Assembly (NCBI GenBank): GCA_951406725.2
Contig: OX597826.1
Span: 82,398,001-82,462,000, forward strand
Reading direction: 5' to 3'
Source: Octopus vulgaris
Taxonomy: Eukaryota
Length of the DNA stretch: 64,000 nucleotides
The notes beneath the pieces were generated by a model. That model did not search any database. It worked only from the letters and a program-made list of their open reading frames with translations, and was not told the DNA's origin. Of this stretch, positions 1 through 12,342 are shown in pieces; the first letter of the stretch is position 1; each line of letters starts with the position of its first letter. The position numbers and the translations under genes are program-made.

Positions 1-455
1 AAACGCATGTATATATGACATTGCCCTGCAAATGCATTTTTTCAAACACTTTGCACGCAGCAAGCAACCATAATAAATATACAATGATATACACCATAAA
101 CTGCCAATGGTGCAAGTGAATACGCTCGCAGATGTCACCACGACATTCAGGATTCATACAAACCGAAGAAAAATAAAACTGTCAAAGTTCTTCGATATTT
201 GACTGCCTTTGCCTGTTTATGTCCTATTTTCCTTTGCACTAATAACGTTTGACATTTCATGATATTTCACATAGCCAAATCGAGTATCAAGCCAGATTAC
301 CATAATTTTTAAAAGGAAAAGTTGAAAATTGTGAATCCTAAAATCTGAAACTTAAATTATTGTTGAAAACCCAGGAATAAAGAATAAGGTATTTATCTAC
401 GAATATGGGGTTGAGCACTAATTCTCTCTAATCACCACTAAAGTGTATACGTGTG

Positions 456-499
<44 letters not shown>

Positions 500-510
500 C
501 GTGTATATAT

Positions 511-885
511 ACTCTTTTACTTGTTTAAGTCATTTGACTGTGGACATGCTGGAGCACCGCCTTTAGTCGAGCAAATCGACCCCAGGACTTATTTTTTTTA
601 GTCTAATACTTATTCTATCCGTCGCTTTTTGCCGAACCACCAAGTTACGTAACCACATCAGCATCGGTTGTCACAGACACACAAGCACATACACACACAT
701 ACATACACATATACATATATTCGACGGGTTTCTTTCAGTTTCCGTCTACCAAATCCACAAGGCTTTGGCCAACCTGAGGCTATAGTAGAAGACACTTGCC
801 CAACGCAAGGTGCCACGCAGTGGGACTGAACCCGGAACCATGTGGTTGGTAAGCAAACTACTTACCACACAGCCACTCCTTCGCC
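511..885 (-). mobile_element. tRNA-headed SINE (family A), near full length
   Basis: Minus strand begins GGCGAAGGAGTGGCTGTGTGGTAAG (A box) ... GGTTCAGTCCC (B box), then GGGCAAGTGTCTTCTACTATAGCC, an internal (TG)n tract and a tail GGCGGTGCTCCAGCATG...AAACAAGTAAAAGAGT. Related copies occur at 7125, 22531 and 58295. Confidence 0.85.
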
Positions 886-919
886 TGTGTGTGTTGTGTG
901 TTTTTGTGTATAAATAGAG

Positions 920-1090
920 AGAGTTCAAATTTACAGAAAACAAAAGAGGAAGACAGGTGTACGAACAACAAGCAAGTGTATTAATTTGACAGTCAGGAAC
1001 ATGGAAAAGTTTATTTTTAGGTTCAGGGTCCCCGCTCTTCGACAGAAATGATTAAAAGGAAACAAGAACGGGGAGAGAAAAAATGTGCAG
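920..1090 (-). mobile_element. Short non-coding PLE-type terminal-repeat fragment with decayed hammerhead-like motif
   Basis: Reverse complement aligns by eye with 50880-51030 (TTTCTGTCGAAGAGCG..., ACACCTGTCTTC..., TGTAAATT). Confidence 0.55.
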
Positions 1091-1150
1091 AGAAAAAATG
1101 TGAGAGAAAAATGTGATGACCGGAAGAAAGAGGCTGAATGTCGGGAAGGT

Positions 1151-1154
1151 AATG

Positions 1155-1204
<50 letters not shown>

Positions 1205-1210
1205 GATAAT
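1151..1210. repeat. (AAT)n microsatellite
   Basis: Directly visible; source of the poly-N and poly-I ORFs. Confidence 0.95.
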
Positions 1211-2476
1211 GGTGAACCTCAACGAACTAAGGTGCGCCAGTGCATGTGTATATCTGAGGATGTGTGAGGGTGAAAGTGTGAATGGAGGCGAGTGTGGGAG
1301 CACATATGTGTGGGCGAGTGTTTGTATGGACGTGTGTATATGTGTGAAGCTAACTTGTGTGTTTTATGTAGCAGTTGATGTGTACCTGTTGAGGTGCTTT
1401 ATGCACGTTTGGTGCAAGTCTGTGACATTGGTAAGAAGGTTCACCAGAATATTGATATGTGTGTGCTAAAGGACTAAACAGAATTTTAATACTTGTGTAC
1501 TGAACGACTAACCAGAATTTAATACTTGTGTGCTAAAGGACTAAGTCAAATCGTAATTACCACAAATTTTTCACAAAATAAAATGTCAAAAAATGGCTGA
1601 TGATCATCTTAGCGTTGGGAAGGCAGATTATATTTTAGTGTAGTTAGGAAATATATGCCACAAAGAATGTTCTTTCGAAAGCATTTACCTCTGCGTCAAT
1701 GAGTAAATAAATGTCACGTCATAGAATTGTAGTGGTGGATTAACAACTTCGCCACCATCCCTCAACCAACACGTAAACATTATTAATTAAATAGTGTCAT
1801 GCATCAATTGGCAGACGACGAAATTTACGCCATGACATCTTCCGGAATTTAGATTTTCTTGAAACTAAAATGTGTTGCTTACGCAGCTTTATAGAATGAA
1901 ACAATGCAAAGCTAACATGAAAAAATGCCGAACATTTATAAGGATGATTAAAGATAATTTGGCTTTGAAATATTGCTCACATCACAATGCTGATTTCTTG
2001 CTCTAAAATCTTAAAATCCCAAACAAGTAAAATATGAACGGCATCATTGCTTTGTACCCAGAACAAGTCATTCTTGATCACATTATTATTGTCCAGTGAG
2101 TAGAAGACAAACATTCATATGTATATAAACATCGCAAAAATAAAAAAAAAAAAAGAGGATAGAATAATGATGTCCGTTTGTCAAATGAACAAACGTCAGC
2201 GTTATATCTTTTCCAGTTTTCTTTATTCTTTTCTTTTTATTAAAACAAATTTCAACACAATCGAAAATATCTCCATGAACTGATTTGATTCTGCCTGAAT
2301 CCCTTCCAGTGACTTTTGTTGTATTTCTAGGATATTGTGTATCGCATTCATTCTTTTATCATTCGTAATTTATCTTTTAAGAAGGAGACGTTAAAGATAC
2401 AGGATGGGTAGGCCTACACACAGGCACGAGTACACGAGCAAACTCGCAAACATATTTACAAAACATAAGGTGCTGA

Positions 2477-2690
2477 AAAGGGGTACCGAAAAGTTCCTGG
2501 CGTTGAGTAAAACAAAATACGCAATGAGCAATTAATTATGATTTATTCAACACATTCTCCTCTCAAATTGGCACTTCTGGCAGAGTTCTTTCAGTTTTTC
2601 CAAGCTCTATGAAAGAATTCGGAGGTTTGGGCCTTCAACTAATCTGTTCGAGATAACCTTAAAGCCAGAAACTTTTCAGCACTCTCTCGA
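2477..2690. mobile_element. Mariner-type MITE (~210 bp)
   Basis: Imperfect terminal inverted repeats AAGGGGTACCGAAAAGTTCCTGGC ... GCCAGAAACTTTTCAGCACTCTCTCG with a non-coding interior. Confidence 0.6.
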
Positions 2691-2696
2691 ATTTAT

Positions 2697-2699
<3 letters not shown>

Positions 2700-2745
<46 letters not shown>

Positions 2746-3028
2746 ATATATATGTGTATGTATATATCTTTATATACGTATATATGTGTATATGTATATA
2801 TGTATATATGCATATATAAATATATATGTATATATGTATTTGTGTGTGTGTGTGTGTGTGTGTGTGCGTGCGTGTATGTGTGTGTACTGGTATTAATGTT
2901 TTGCCCCTTGCCGATGTGGTTGTATGTCATGTTTGACTGGTTATGACTGAGAGAATTTTATTTCATGACAACAATGGTTATTTTATGACTTGTTTCATTC
3001 GTATCTCTATGTACATATACATACACGG

Positions 3029-3096
<68 letters not shown>

Positions 3097-3244
3097 ACAT
3101 ACCTACATACATACACACACATACATATTTACATCGTGAATACATGAGACTTTAGTATTTATTTTGGGTCGATTTTGTCGCTCGATTCTGGTGTTATGTT
3201 TGTTTTGTTTCGTGTGTGTTCGTGTTTATATTTGTGTGAGGAAA

Positions 3245-3279
<35 letters not shown>

Positions 3280-3500
3280 AAGGGAGAAAGAGAAAAAGAG
3301 AATGGGAAAGCAAGTGTATGTATATATGAGTGTGACAGTGCCTGTGCACGCGTGCATGTGTGTGTGTGCGCGCGCCTCTGTCTGTGTGTGTGTGCCTGTC
3401 TGTGTACGTGTAAGACTTTATATGTGTGTCTGTGTGTGCTTGTGTGCGTGCCTGTGTGTGTGCCTGTGTGTGTGTGTGTGAGTGTGTATGTATTCATGTG
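2700..3500. repeat. Compound microsatellite cluster (TA)n/(TG)n/(CA)n/(GA)n
   Basis: Directly visible. Confidence 0.9.
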
Positions 3501-4364
3501 GTGTCTTATGTGCTTTTCTACTTGTTTACATTTCGGACCACTATTTAAGATGAATTTGTTTTCGTGTTTGCAGCGTGATATTGATTTCATTCTTCTTGGT
3601 TTCAGTGTTTGTATTTTGTGCGATTATGTAGCATTTGTTTGTTGTGCTGAAGGGTCAAATTCCGTAACAGTTATATACGAAGGTGTAGAATGTATTAGTT
3701 TCTGTTTTATGTTTGTATTTTATGTTGTGTTCCTTTAAATTTCAACTATAATTATACTGGGACTCGGTGTTTCTGTTGTGTGTGTGTGTGTAGTAGGAGA
3801 ATGTGTGTGTGTGTGTGTCTATGTGTGCGTGTGTGTTTGTATTTGCTTGTTTGTTTTTACTCGCGTGTTGAATATCTGTATTTGAAGCTACCACCAGCGG
3901 TGCAGACACAGTGTTGGTCGTTTTGTACAACTTTTAACATTGTTATTTCATAGATTCATTCCGTAAACAACTCCATGCAAATGGCCAGCATTTACTTCGA
4001 TCTCGTTGTATCTCTCATCTCTTCTTTGCTCTCTTCTTCTTTACTCATTGATTTGCATGTTTTAAGATTTGGGGGTTTTGCGACTGAAATTTTGTCTTCT
4101 TTCTGTTAATTAGTGACATTTTTATTCTGTGGCGAGGGCTGACTTACGAGGGTTTTGTTGGGTTGTAATATATCTCTTACTACATATGAACTGGAGAGGA
4201 ACTGACTGAGACAGATAATGTCCTTTTCTGGGTGCTTTCCTTGTTTGCACTTCGATTCGGAAGTTATTGGTATATTTTGCTTTGAATCCACTTAATTTCA
4301 AGGCTTTGAGGTAGCATGGTGCATTTTAGTCAAATATTTGTTTGTAGATAAAAATATTGATATT

Positions 4365-4588
4365 GAGCAGTTGTATACTGTCAACTTAACGTGACACTCC
4401 CATAGCTATTTAGCTCTAGGAAGCATCAACGCTTCCTGTCGGCCTTGACACACCTCCTGTGTACTTATGTTTACGAAGGGGAAACAAGCACCCCCAACAG
4501 CTAGCGTTGATGCTTCCTAGGGCTAAATAGCGGTGTTGTAGTTCCCTCTATGGGACTGTCACGTTAAGTTGACAGTATACAACTGTTC
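4365..4588. repeat. Long two-block inverted repeat (hairpin element)
   Basis: CAGTTGTATACTGTCAACTTAACGTGACA pairs with TGTCACGTTAAGTTGACAGTATACAACTG, and GCTATTTAGCTCTAGGAAGCATCAACGCT pairs with AGCGTTGATGCTTCCTAGGGCTAAATAGC, around a ~70-nt spacer. Confidence 0.9.
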
Positions 4589-6049
4589 TATCGTTCTCTC
4601 TGAGATGTTTAGAAATTTAATATTTCTAATATTGATATTCTTCTGCTTAGAAAGGTGTGAAAGGGGCTTAGATTAGCAACGGTAGCTAGGATGAGTTACA
4701 TCTACATACATTGCAAAATAACTTGTTAGGTGGTACTATAATACAAACATATCTCCTGCCCTCTCCCTGATTTTACCATATTATATCACCACATTTTTCT
4801 GCGGCACAAACTCCCCCATTTCACCTGTCAATTATTTTCTTCGTCTCCAATATTGTATCAGTCATTACTTCACTACCTACTGCCAAGTAACGCACTTCTC
4901 CAGAACGTCGGCCTTCTAGGTTCACTTATTGCATAGGCTTTCCTTACTGCTATCCAGGGAAACATTAACTGCGTCATTTCACATTCGTACCTATCCTGAG
5001 GTCGACAATGGAATTAGTAGCAATTCTTCAATCTTTCAGAATAAAGAGAGAACAAACAGCAACGATGTTGTGAAACATTGTAAATAAACTTCTACAGACG
5101 TTCAGGGTTTTTATTCTTGGTAACTGTTGACTGTTCAAGATTTCTCTGTTGTTATTCTAAGTAACAAGATATGCGCATGCGAGTGTAAGTGTCTATGTGT
5201 ATACGCTTACATACACAAAAATCGCGTCTGTATAAGTACGTGTGTGTGTGTATCAAAACGCCAATTAAACAATTAATAGAGTGTGGAAATCCGGAGTAAT
5301 TCCAGAATTAGTGACATAATCGAAACGTCATACAGTAATTTAATTCACAAACTGCAGGGTATTTCCGACATGGAACCACTTTTACTGCTGTTTTATATTA
5401 TTCATCAAAGGGTCATTTGATGATGAATGCTACTAAATCCTTTACAAATATATATAAATATATATATATACATATGTACATACATATACATACACACACA
5501 CACATACACATGTATAACAGAAGAAAAATGCACACACTATACATTGTTTTAATATATTGTGTTTGTCGAACGGTTTCGCTTTCGCGAATGATAACATTGG
5601 AATTATTGTAATTTCGTATTTTCTGAAGAAGATTTAATCCATGTTATCTGTTGAGAAGTTTGTGAATGAACGATTCAACAAGTAGAAAAACCTAAGGGGA
5701 AGTAATTGGTGATCGTTATTATTGGGGATAAGGGGGCAAGGGGGCAGTTGCTCATCTTTCGGAGATAAATAAATATATATATATACACAAAAACTTAAAA
5801 GCCAAACTAGCGAGACGGATTATGTGCTGTGATGGGTATGTGATCCTGAATTAAAATATATACTGAGATCAAAGTTGGCTATGCGTTCATATTTAGACGT
5901 GTTCTGTATTCTTTAATGAACAAATTTTCTTTATTTAAACGTTGTTATATAAAAATTGTTTCTTTGTCCTAGTAGATGGAAAAACTGTGAAATTTGGTTG
6001 CATATTAGCTGCACATCTCTCTATGTGTTCACTCAAAGGAATCTGTCTC

Positions 6050-6245
6050 ATCGAGGATGAATCACTGGTTCAAAACAGAAGTAATTATCTTCCACCGAAA
6101 GGTAGGAATAAAACACTAGATTACTTCTGCGACCATATCCAAAATTTCCCAGATACTTTCCATTAGCGAAAGTTAATTCAAACCTCAACAACCTAGAATG
6201 GAAAAATTTAATTAATGATAAAGAACGGACAGTTATATACCATGC
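6050..6245 (+). pseudogene. PLE fragment, region N-terminal to the RT core
   Basis: EDESLVQNRSNYLPPKGRNKTLDYFCDHIQNFP ... KVNSNLNNLEWKNL resembles the (K/R)S-x-(F/Y)-x-PP-x-GRN...LD...SNL...E region that precedes ADKG in PLE RTs. Interrupted by a stop. Confidence 0.6.
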
Positions 6246-6382
6246 AACGTATTATCTAATAATACATATGTATGTATATATTGGTAAAACGGTAAGATAA
6301 CAAAAGAAAGAAAGAGACCTCAATATTATGTAAATAGAGGAAATTTATCTATACAATAATATGTTACATTACTCGATAGGCA

Positions 6383-6442
6383 AGATAAAACTCTGAGTTT
6401 CAGATGCCGAAGTGGGAATCCACGACATCTCTTCAGTTATCT
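6383..6442 (-). ncRNA. Minimal type-I hammerhead ribozyme motif
   Basis: Minus strand reads AGATAA-CTGAAGA-GATGTCG-(13 nt)-CGGCATC-T-GAA-ACTC-A-GAGT-T-TTATCT. Helix I is 6 bp, helix II is 7 bp, helix III is near-palindromic and the cleavage triplet is GUU. There is one extra T before GAAA. Confidence 0.7.
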
Positions 6443-6667
6443 GGCTATTTGAAAACGCTATGAAAAAATACCGTTATACAAAGGGAAATTACTGTGTTAT
6501 AACTCTGCTTGCCTGCGTACTTATACATCGCTCGCATTTTTCGCCATAAAAATTATATAAAAATACATAAAAAATATATAAAAAATATATAAAGATATAT
6601 AAAATGTATGATAGAAGGTGTGATGAGGTAAAAAAACCTTCTTGGGACATAACATAGAAAGCATGTT

Positions 6668-7081
6668 CTATCTGTTTTCTTTAGGGGACCAAAAACGTAA
6701 CAGAAATTTAGTCACCTGTGGGCATGGTCCGAAAAGTTCTGTCCTTGTGTTTAGACATGTAGTAGGGTCTAAGCTGCTTTTCCAGATAAGCCATCTCTCC
6801 ATGTCGCATAGACCGCACCTTCCGCTGCCGTTGGTATAGGGCTTACATCTGGCCAAAATCTTCCAATGTATGTTATAATCGACACCTTTATCTCTTAAAG
6901 ACCAAATATGATTAGATAATTGTGTCGCTTTTCTTTTGTTCCAGTGCTTAAAGCTCAAAGTGTGGTTATTGAACCTGGCCTTGAATTTACCCTCTGTAAG
7001 GCCCACGTATTTCTTCGTCGAAACGGTGTCTTTAGTGGTTATAGAGTCTACGGTAGCTTCATATATGATGGTCTTGGACAT
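6668..7081 (-). CDS. GIY-YIG endonuclease domain of a Penelope-like element (C-terminal fragment of an RT-EN polyprotein)
   Basis: 137-aa open frame: IIYEA...YVGLTE..FKARFNNH..SF...TQLSNHIWSL...IHWKIL...Y...CGLCDME...LNTRTELFGPC. The in-frame upstream codons read NGAC, so the Met is internal. Confidence 0.85.
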   Translation of the reverse strand: MSKTIIYEATVDSITTKDTVSTKKYVGLTEGKFKARFNNHTLSFKHWNKRKATQLSNHIWSLRDKGVDYNIHWKILARCKPYTNGSGRCGLCDMERWLIWKSSLDPTTCLNTRTELFGPCPQVTKFLLRFWSPKENR

Positions 7082-7124
7082 GCAAGCTCCATTCTATATA
7101 TATATATATATATATATGTCCACA

Positions 7125-7220
7125 GCATAGCACCTTGGAGAAGTGCCTTCTACTATAGCCTCGGGACAACCAAAGCCTTGTGAGTGGATTTGGAAGAGGG
7201 AAACTGAAAGAAACCCGTCG
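7125..7220 (+). mobile_element. SINE family A fragment
   Basis: GCACCTTGGAGAAGTGCCTTCTACTATAGCCTCGGG...GAAACTGAAAGAAACCCGTCG matches the reverse complement of ~722-815. Confidence 0.85.
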
Positions 7221-7221
7221 C

Positions 7222-7266
<45 letters not shown>

Positions 7267-7880
7267 TAAACCCATCTGCGTGTGTGTGTGTGAGAGCGTG
7301 CATGTCTGTGTTGCTGAACAGTTGTAAACGAAAGGAATATATTTCTATTCTCTCATTCCAATTCTGCTATTTGTTGAATATATGTATGTATGTATGTATG
7401 TATGTATATTATCAGTAGGGCAGGTGAGTATATACTACGCTGAGACATTTAAAATTACAAAATATATGTGCTTAACTATGAAAATGAATTCTTAACTCAT
7501 GGCTGCATTTCCTTGTCGTTAAGGTTGGCCTCTTCACTCTCAGTGAAATTGAAATTCCACAAAATTAAGAATTTATTGCCGACAGTATTTAATTTAAAGA
7601 TCTAAATTAATGCCACTGGCGCACATATCATGTCTCTCCTAATTTTCTCTTACTTTTCCTCTCTGTACACACACATCCACAATAAATCTCTCTCAGTCTA
7701 TCTCAGTCTCACTCAGTCTCTCTATCTCTCTCTTTCTCTCTCACACACACACATATACATATATATAATATATATACAATTGTGTATATATGATATATAA
7801 TATTTATATATATGTGTATCAGTGTGTGTGCCGAAACCTATCTATATGCAAGCTTATGTATACACGCATATGTTTGTATG

Positions 7881-7948
<68 letters not shown>

Positions 7949-8662
7949 CAAACATATGCGTGTATAAATAAGCATGCATATAGATAGGTTTCGGCACACA
8001 CATTGACACACATATATATAAATATTATATTATATACATAAATACATACAAGCATGAATACATACATACGTACACGCACACATACATATATATATATATA
8101 TTTCGTTTAATTAAAAATGTGAATTTTTAATTAATTTCTGAGATTGTACAAAAAGCAACAAAAATATTTGTAAGATTCTTTATATGAGTTCGTGTGTTAA
8201 AGCATATTCTGTTGTGTCTGGGGAGAGTAATTTTCTTTTTCTGCCTTATAATGTAACACACTCACCGGTAAAATATTTTAGCGGTGAGTGTGTTACATTA
8301 TAAGTAACAAAAAAGAAAATGACTCTCCCCAGACACAACAGTATAAATATATGTACATATATATATATAGGTATGCATTCACATGCATTTATGTGCCTAC
8401 GTGTAAGTTCAAGTGTAGTGTCTAATGGCACGAAAAGAAAAAGGAGAATAATGTCTTTTATAAAAATCCCTGAAAACATATTCCATCAATACTGGTCCGT
8501 AATACGACCGCCCTCAACACTTTCCTGGAATTGACATGCGATTAAATGAAAAAACCCAGTTATATTGTTCGAAGACAAGAGAACGCTTTTGCACACATGT
8601 CACCTGCCCCATAGAACTCTCCAAAACTTTCTCTACCGATGCTCTTCTACGTAATTACACAC

Positions 8663-8723
<61 letters not shown>

Positions 8724-8759
8724 CGCGTGTGTAACTGACTGCACATATCAGCGCGAAAT

Positions 8760-10080
8760 CGTAGATAGAACTCCTAAAGTTCCAAGACGAAAATGTCTTG
8801 CTCGTCGTTACTCAGTATAGTTTCCATACTTTCCGTCCCAGAACAAACTACTTCATCCGGCTCTTTCAGCATGATGATTCAGTTTTGAGGCAGCAGCTTG
8901 AATATACAAATGTCCATGTCTTATATCATCACTTTGCGAAGGCTTTTGACAAGCTGGATCATTGCATGAGATGTCACAAACTGCGAGATCCTGGCATAAC
9001 AGGCAAAATGAGAGACTGCTTAAATGACTTCTTAAAAGACAGAATTCAGTAGTTTCAGCCAATGCTGACCTCTTAATGGAAAGCAAATTCTGAGTGGAAT
9101 TGCCTGGGGGCATTATTGTTCATTGTCAATCTCTTAGATATTCCTGTAGTCACTTAGACAGCCATTGTCACAAGCTACCTCGATGATACAAAATTGTCAT
9201 AAGAAATAAAGGACTCTGACGGTGTTGTAAGCGAGACCTAAGTGGGCTAAAGAAAATAACATGCATTTTAATGCTGCAAAGTGTCAAGTACTGCGTTGTC
9301 AGATCATAAATGCACCACACCCTACATATACAGCACCCGAATCACTGCAATCCCAGAATTACAGATTGTAAGAGACATGGACATCATTATATGTTGTGAT
9401 GTATCATTACATGTGTCCATTACCAAAGTGTAAACAATTGGCTGGCTGGACACTAAAATACCTCCGGAAAAGGGACCAAAGATTCATGTAAGCTCTGTGA
9501 AAGACCTTTCCTCTCAGCTGTCTGGACTTTTGGATTCAGTGGTGGTCGCTGCATAGTATCAGACCACCTACGAAGCTTGAAGTCATTCAACACTACAACG
9601 CTAGAGGGACTGAAACACTACAGCAGATAAAATGTACTGGGGCTGGGGCTGCAAAAACTACGACTTTATTTCCTGGAAAGAAGACGCACGGGATATATAA
9701 GGGCTAACCCCTAATTTCGGCATCAAGGGGTCTGAAAGTGCCTTGCTGGAAGCCATTGTGTAGAACCAAAATTTCTGTTCGCTCAATCTAAGGTGAGAGC
9801 CAATCACTGTTCTTCAGTGGTCTGCTGTAAAAATGAAGAAACTAACTCAATATTGTTGTGGACCTCTCGAAAAAAGAATTGGAGGTTCTCCTATCAGAAG
9901 AACTAACTCCCGGCATGAAGTACAAACGAGGATGTCAAACTGACACACACCACAAATGACCTACTCACCGGGAAAAAAGCACATTCTAGTGTGGTAATTA
10001 AAAAATTCCCCCTCTCAGAAGAATTCAGTCACATAAGAGAGTTGTGGAATGGGTAAAAATCACGAGGCTGCACCAGAACA
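8760..10080 (+). pseudogene. Decayed CR1/L2-group LINE reverse transcriptase and 3' region
   Basis: NVHVLYHHFAKAFDKLDH...CHKLRDPGITGK...DFLKDRIQ (the YLDFAKAFDKVDH motif), then SYLDDTKL (YADD motif) near 9172-9196. Many stops and frameshifts. Confidence 0.85.
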
Positions 10081-10386
10081 AGCGTCACCGTATTGCTGAT
10101 ATACATAAAACTAAACGAATTAACGTTATCCATTTATATATATATAAAGTACTGTGCTTAGCAATTCAACAATCGGACAAACAGAAGCGATAGAAACAGT
10201 TGTTCAATCAAATGACATCTCCTAGTACTCAATCGAGCACTAGGCTGGACTACTGCCGAATCAAAATATTTTGCCAGAACATTTGACAAAAAAAAGGATG
10301 AATTTAGTCCGTCAACCAGAGTGTTAGGCTACAAGTGGACAAAATTATGCGACGGCAATGAACTTTTAACCAATCAGCACTTGAAC

Positions 10387-10397
10387 CTATATCTATG

Positions 10398-10468
<71 letters not shown>

Positions 10469-10520
10469 GTCTGTCTGTCTGTATGTATGTCTGTCTGTCT
10501 GTCTGTCTGTCTGTCTGCCT
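10387..10520. repeat. (TCTA)n/(TCTG)n microsatellite
   Basis: Directly visible. Confidence 0.95.
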
Positions 10521-10770
10521 ATAAACAAAATTCTCAGTATTAAACTGAATGTTATTTCCCTTAGCCCATTTCTATACTGCATTCAGTTATTTCTTCAGTT
10601 TTAGGAAAACATCAAAGTCCTTGACTACGTGTAATAGCTTTTGAGAGTGACTGAGCGTATGGCTGAGAGAGCCACGACAGACTGTATTTATGTAAATACC
10701 ATAACTGTCTCAGCGCTTAAATAAAACGTCAGTCAAAAGTTTATATATAGGTGAAAAGTAATCTATTTAA

Positions 10771-11129
10771 GTGGAGGTGCAATGGCCCAGTGGTTAGGAT
10801 CGCGGTTTCGATTCCCAGACCGGGCGTTGTGAGTGTTTATTGAGCGAAAACACCTAAAAGCTCCACGAGGCTTCGGCAGGGGATGGTGGTTATCCCTGCT
10901 GTACTCTTTCACCACAACTTTCTCTCACTCTTACTTCCTGTTTCTGTTGTACCTGTATTTCAAAGGGCCGGCCTTGTCACTCTCTGTGTCACGCTGAATA
11001 TCCCCGAGAACTACGTTAAGGGTACACGTGTCTGTGGAGTGCTCAGCCACTTACACGTTAATTTCACGAGCAGGCTGTTCCGTTGATTTGGATCAACTGG
11101 AACCCTCGTCGTCGTAACCGACGGAGTGC
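10771..11129 (+). mobile_element. tRNA-headed SINE (family B), head internally deleted
   Basis: A box TGGCCCAGTGG and B box GGTTTCGATTCC, only ~13 nt apart. The body is shared with 20005-20320 and the head with 39120-39153. Confidence 0.8.
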
Positions 11130-11563
11130 TTCCATCCAATCTATTTAACTTTGATAACTTTGATAGGTTTCGGTCAGTATAGGCCCAGGCCATGTCTAGC
11201 ACCATATATATTACTTTGCAGGTATATGTAAGGGGTGGGTATACCATGGTATTCCAATGGAATCTTATCGTCTGTATTACTACTCCAAACCGTGATCACC
11301 GCAGAGCTGGGACCCTCCCTATCGTAACCGAGTGCTCATACATATTATGGCTGCCCCTTCGTTATCGACTATGGCCATTGCACGAAGCTTAACTGTTACT
11401 GGTGCTGTGATCGAATGTGACTTTTTAGCCCAGCTAAATTGTCTTGTACAAAATTAGCAACTAAAACCTTTACTGGTAATAGCCGGCTGTAGTTGTAACT
11501 GGGCTTCATGTACTTTTGCATGTCGTTTAAGTCCTCCTGCCGAATTACACACACACACACACA

Positions 11564-11631
<68 letters not shown>

Positions 11632-12274
11632 AGGCAGTTAGAATGAGACAAAATACATCGATATATATTAAAGCCGATATATTGATTCGTGTAAATATGA
11701 CGCAATTCCTAGTTGCTGTCCAGAGGTTTAACATACAACAGTGACATACGACTGAAGAATATTTCACGTATTTCCTTCCTGCCAGTAGCGGTTGTCTAAT
11801 TGGACTTCATTAATGGACGCGAATGACTCATCTATTAGATGAATTATAAGTATAAGATAAATAGCTGTTCAACATAGAAATATTTCGGAAAATATGACAC
11901 GATGTCACTGCTATAAAGAAATATATCCGTATAAAGAATCCCTTAATGCCATAGAATGTTACATTAACATTTCGAGACGCATTTGATTAAAAATCAACAA
12001 TAATAATTTAAAGATACATGCACACATACACTCACATACACAAAACAAATAACATTATATTAATCAATATTCATATGTATGTATACATATATATATATAT
12101 ATATATACATACTTACCTGCCTACCTACCTACCTACCTACCTACATACATACCTACCTACCTACCTACCTACCTACCTACCTACCTACCTACCCACCTAC
12201 CTACGTATCTACATATATACATACCTAACTACATGCATATCTACATGCTTACCTTCCTATATACATACATGCAT

Positions 12275-12340
<66 letters not shown>

Positions 12341-12342
<2 letters not shown>

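Larger units (their letters stand above)
6281..7095 (-). mobile_element. 5'-truncated Penelope-like retroelement (Naiad-like): endonuclease, 3' UTR and hammerhead
   Basis: GIY-YIG frame followed by an AT-rich UTR and a hammerhead motif. Both ends abut TA-rich tracts. Confidence 0.8.

Noticed and set aside
1461-1545. CRISPR-like repeat
   Set aside because: The units are adjacent with no unique spacers, the context is eukaryotic and there are no cas genes.
6443-6667. SECIS element or selenoprotein coding, as reported for some Naiad PLEs
   Set aside because: There is no in-frame UGA in the endonuclease frame and no convincing SECIS fold in the UTR by eye.
10771-10830. Possible tRNA gene (also 810-885 and 48340-48425)
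   Set aside because: A and B boxes are present, but no complete cloverleaf forms and each continues into a multicopy SINE body.
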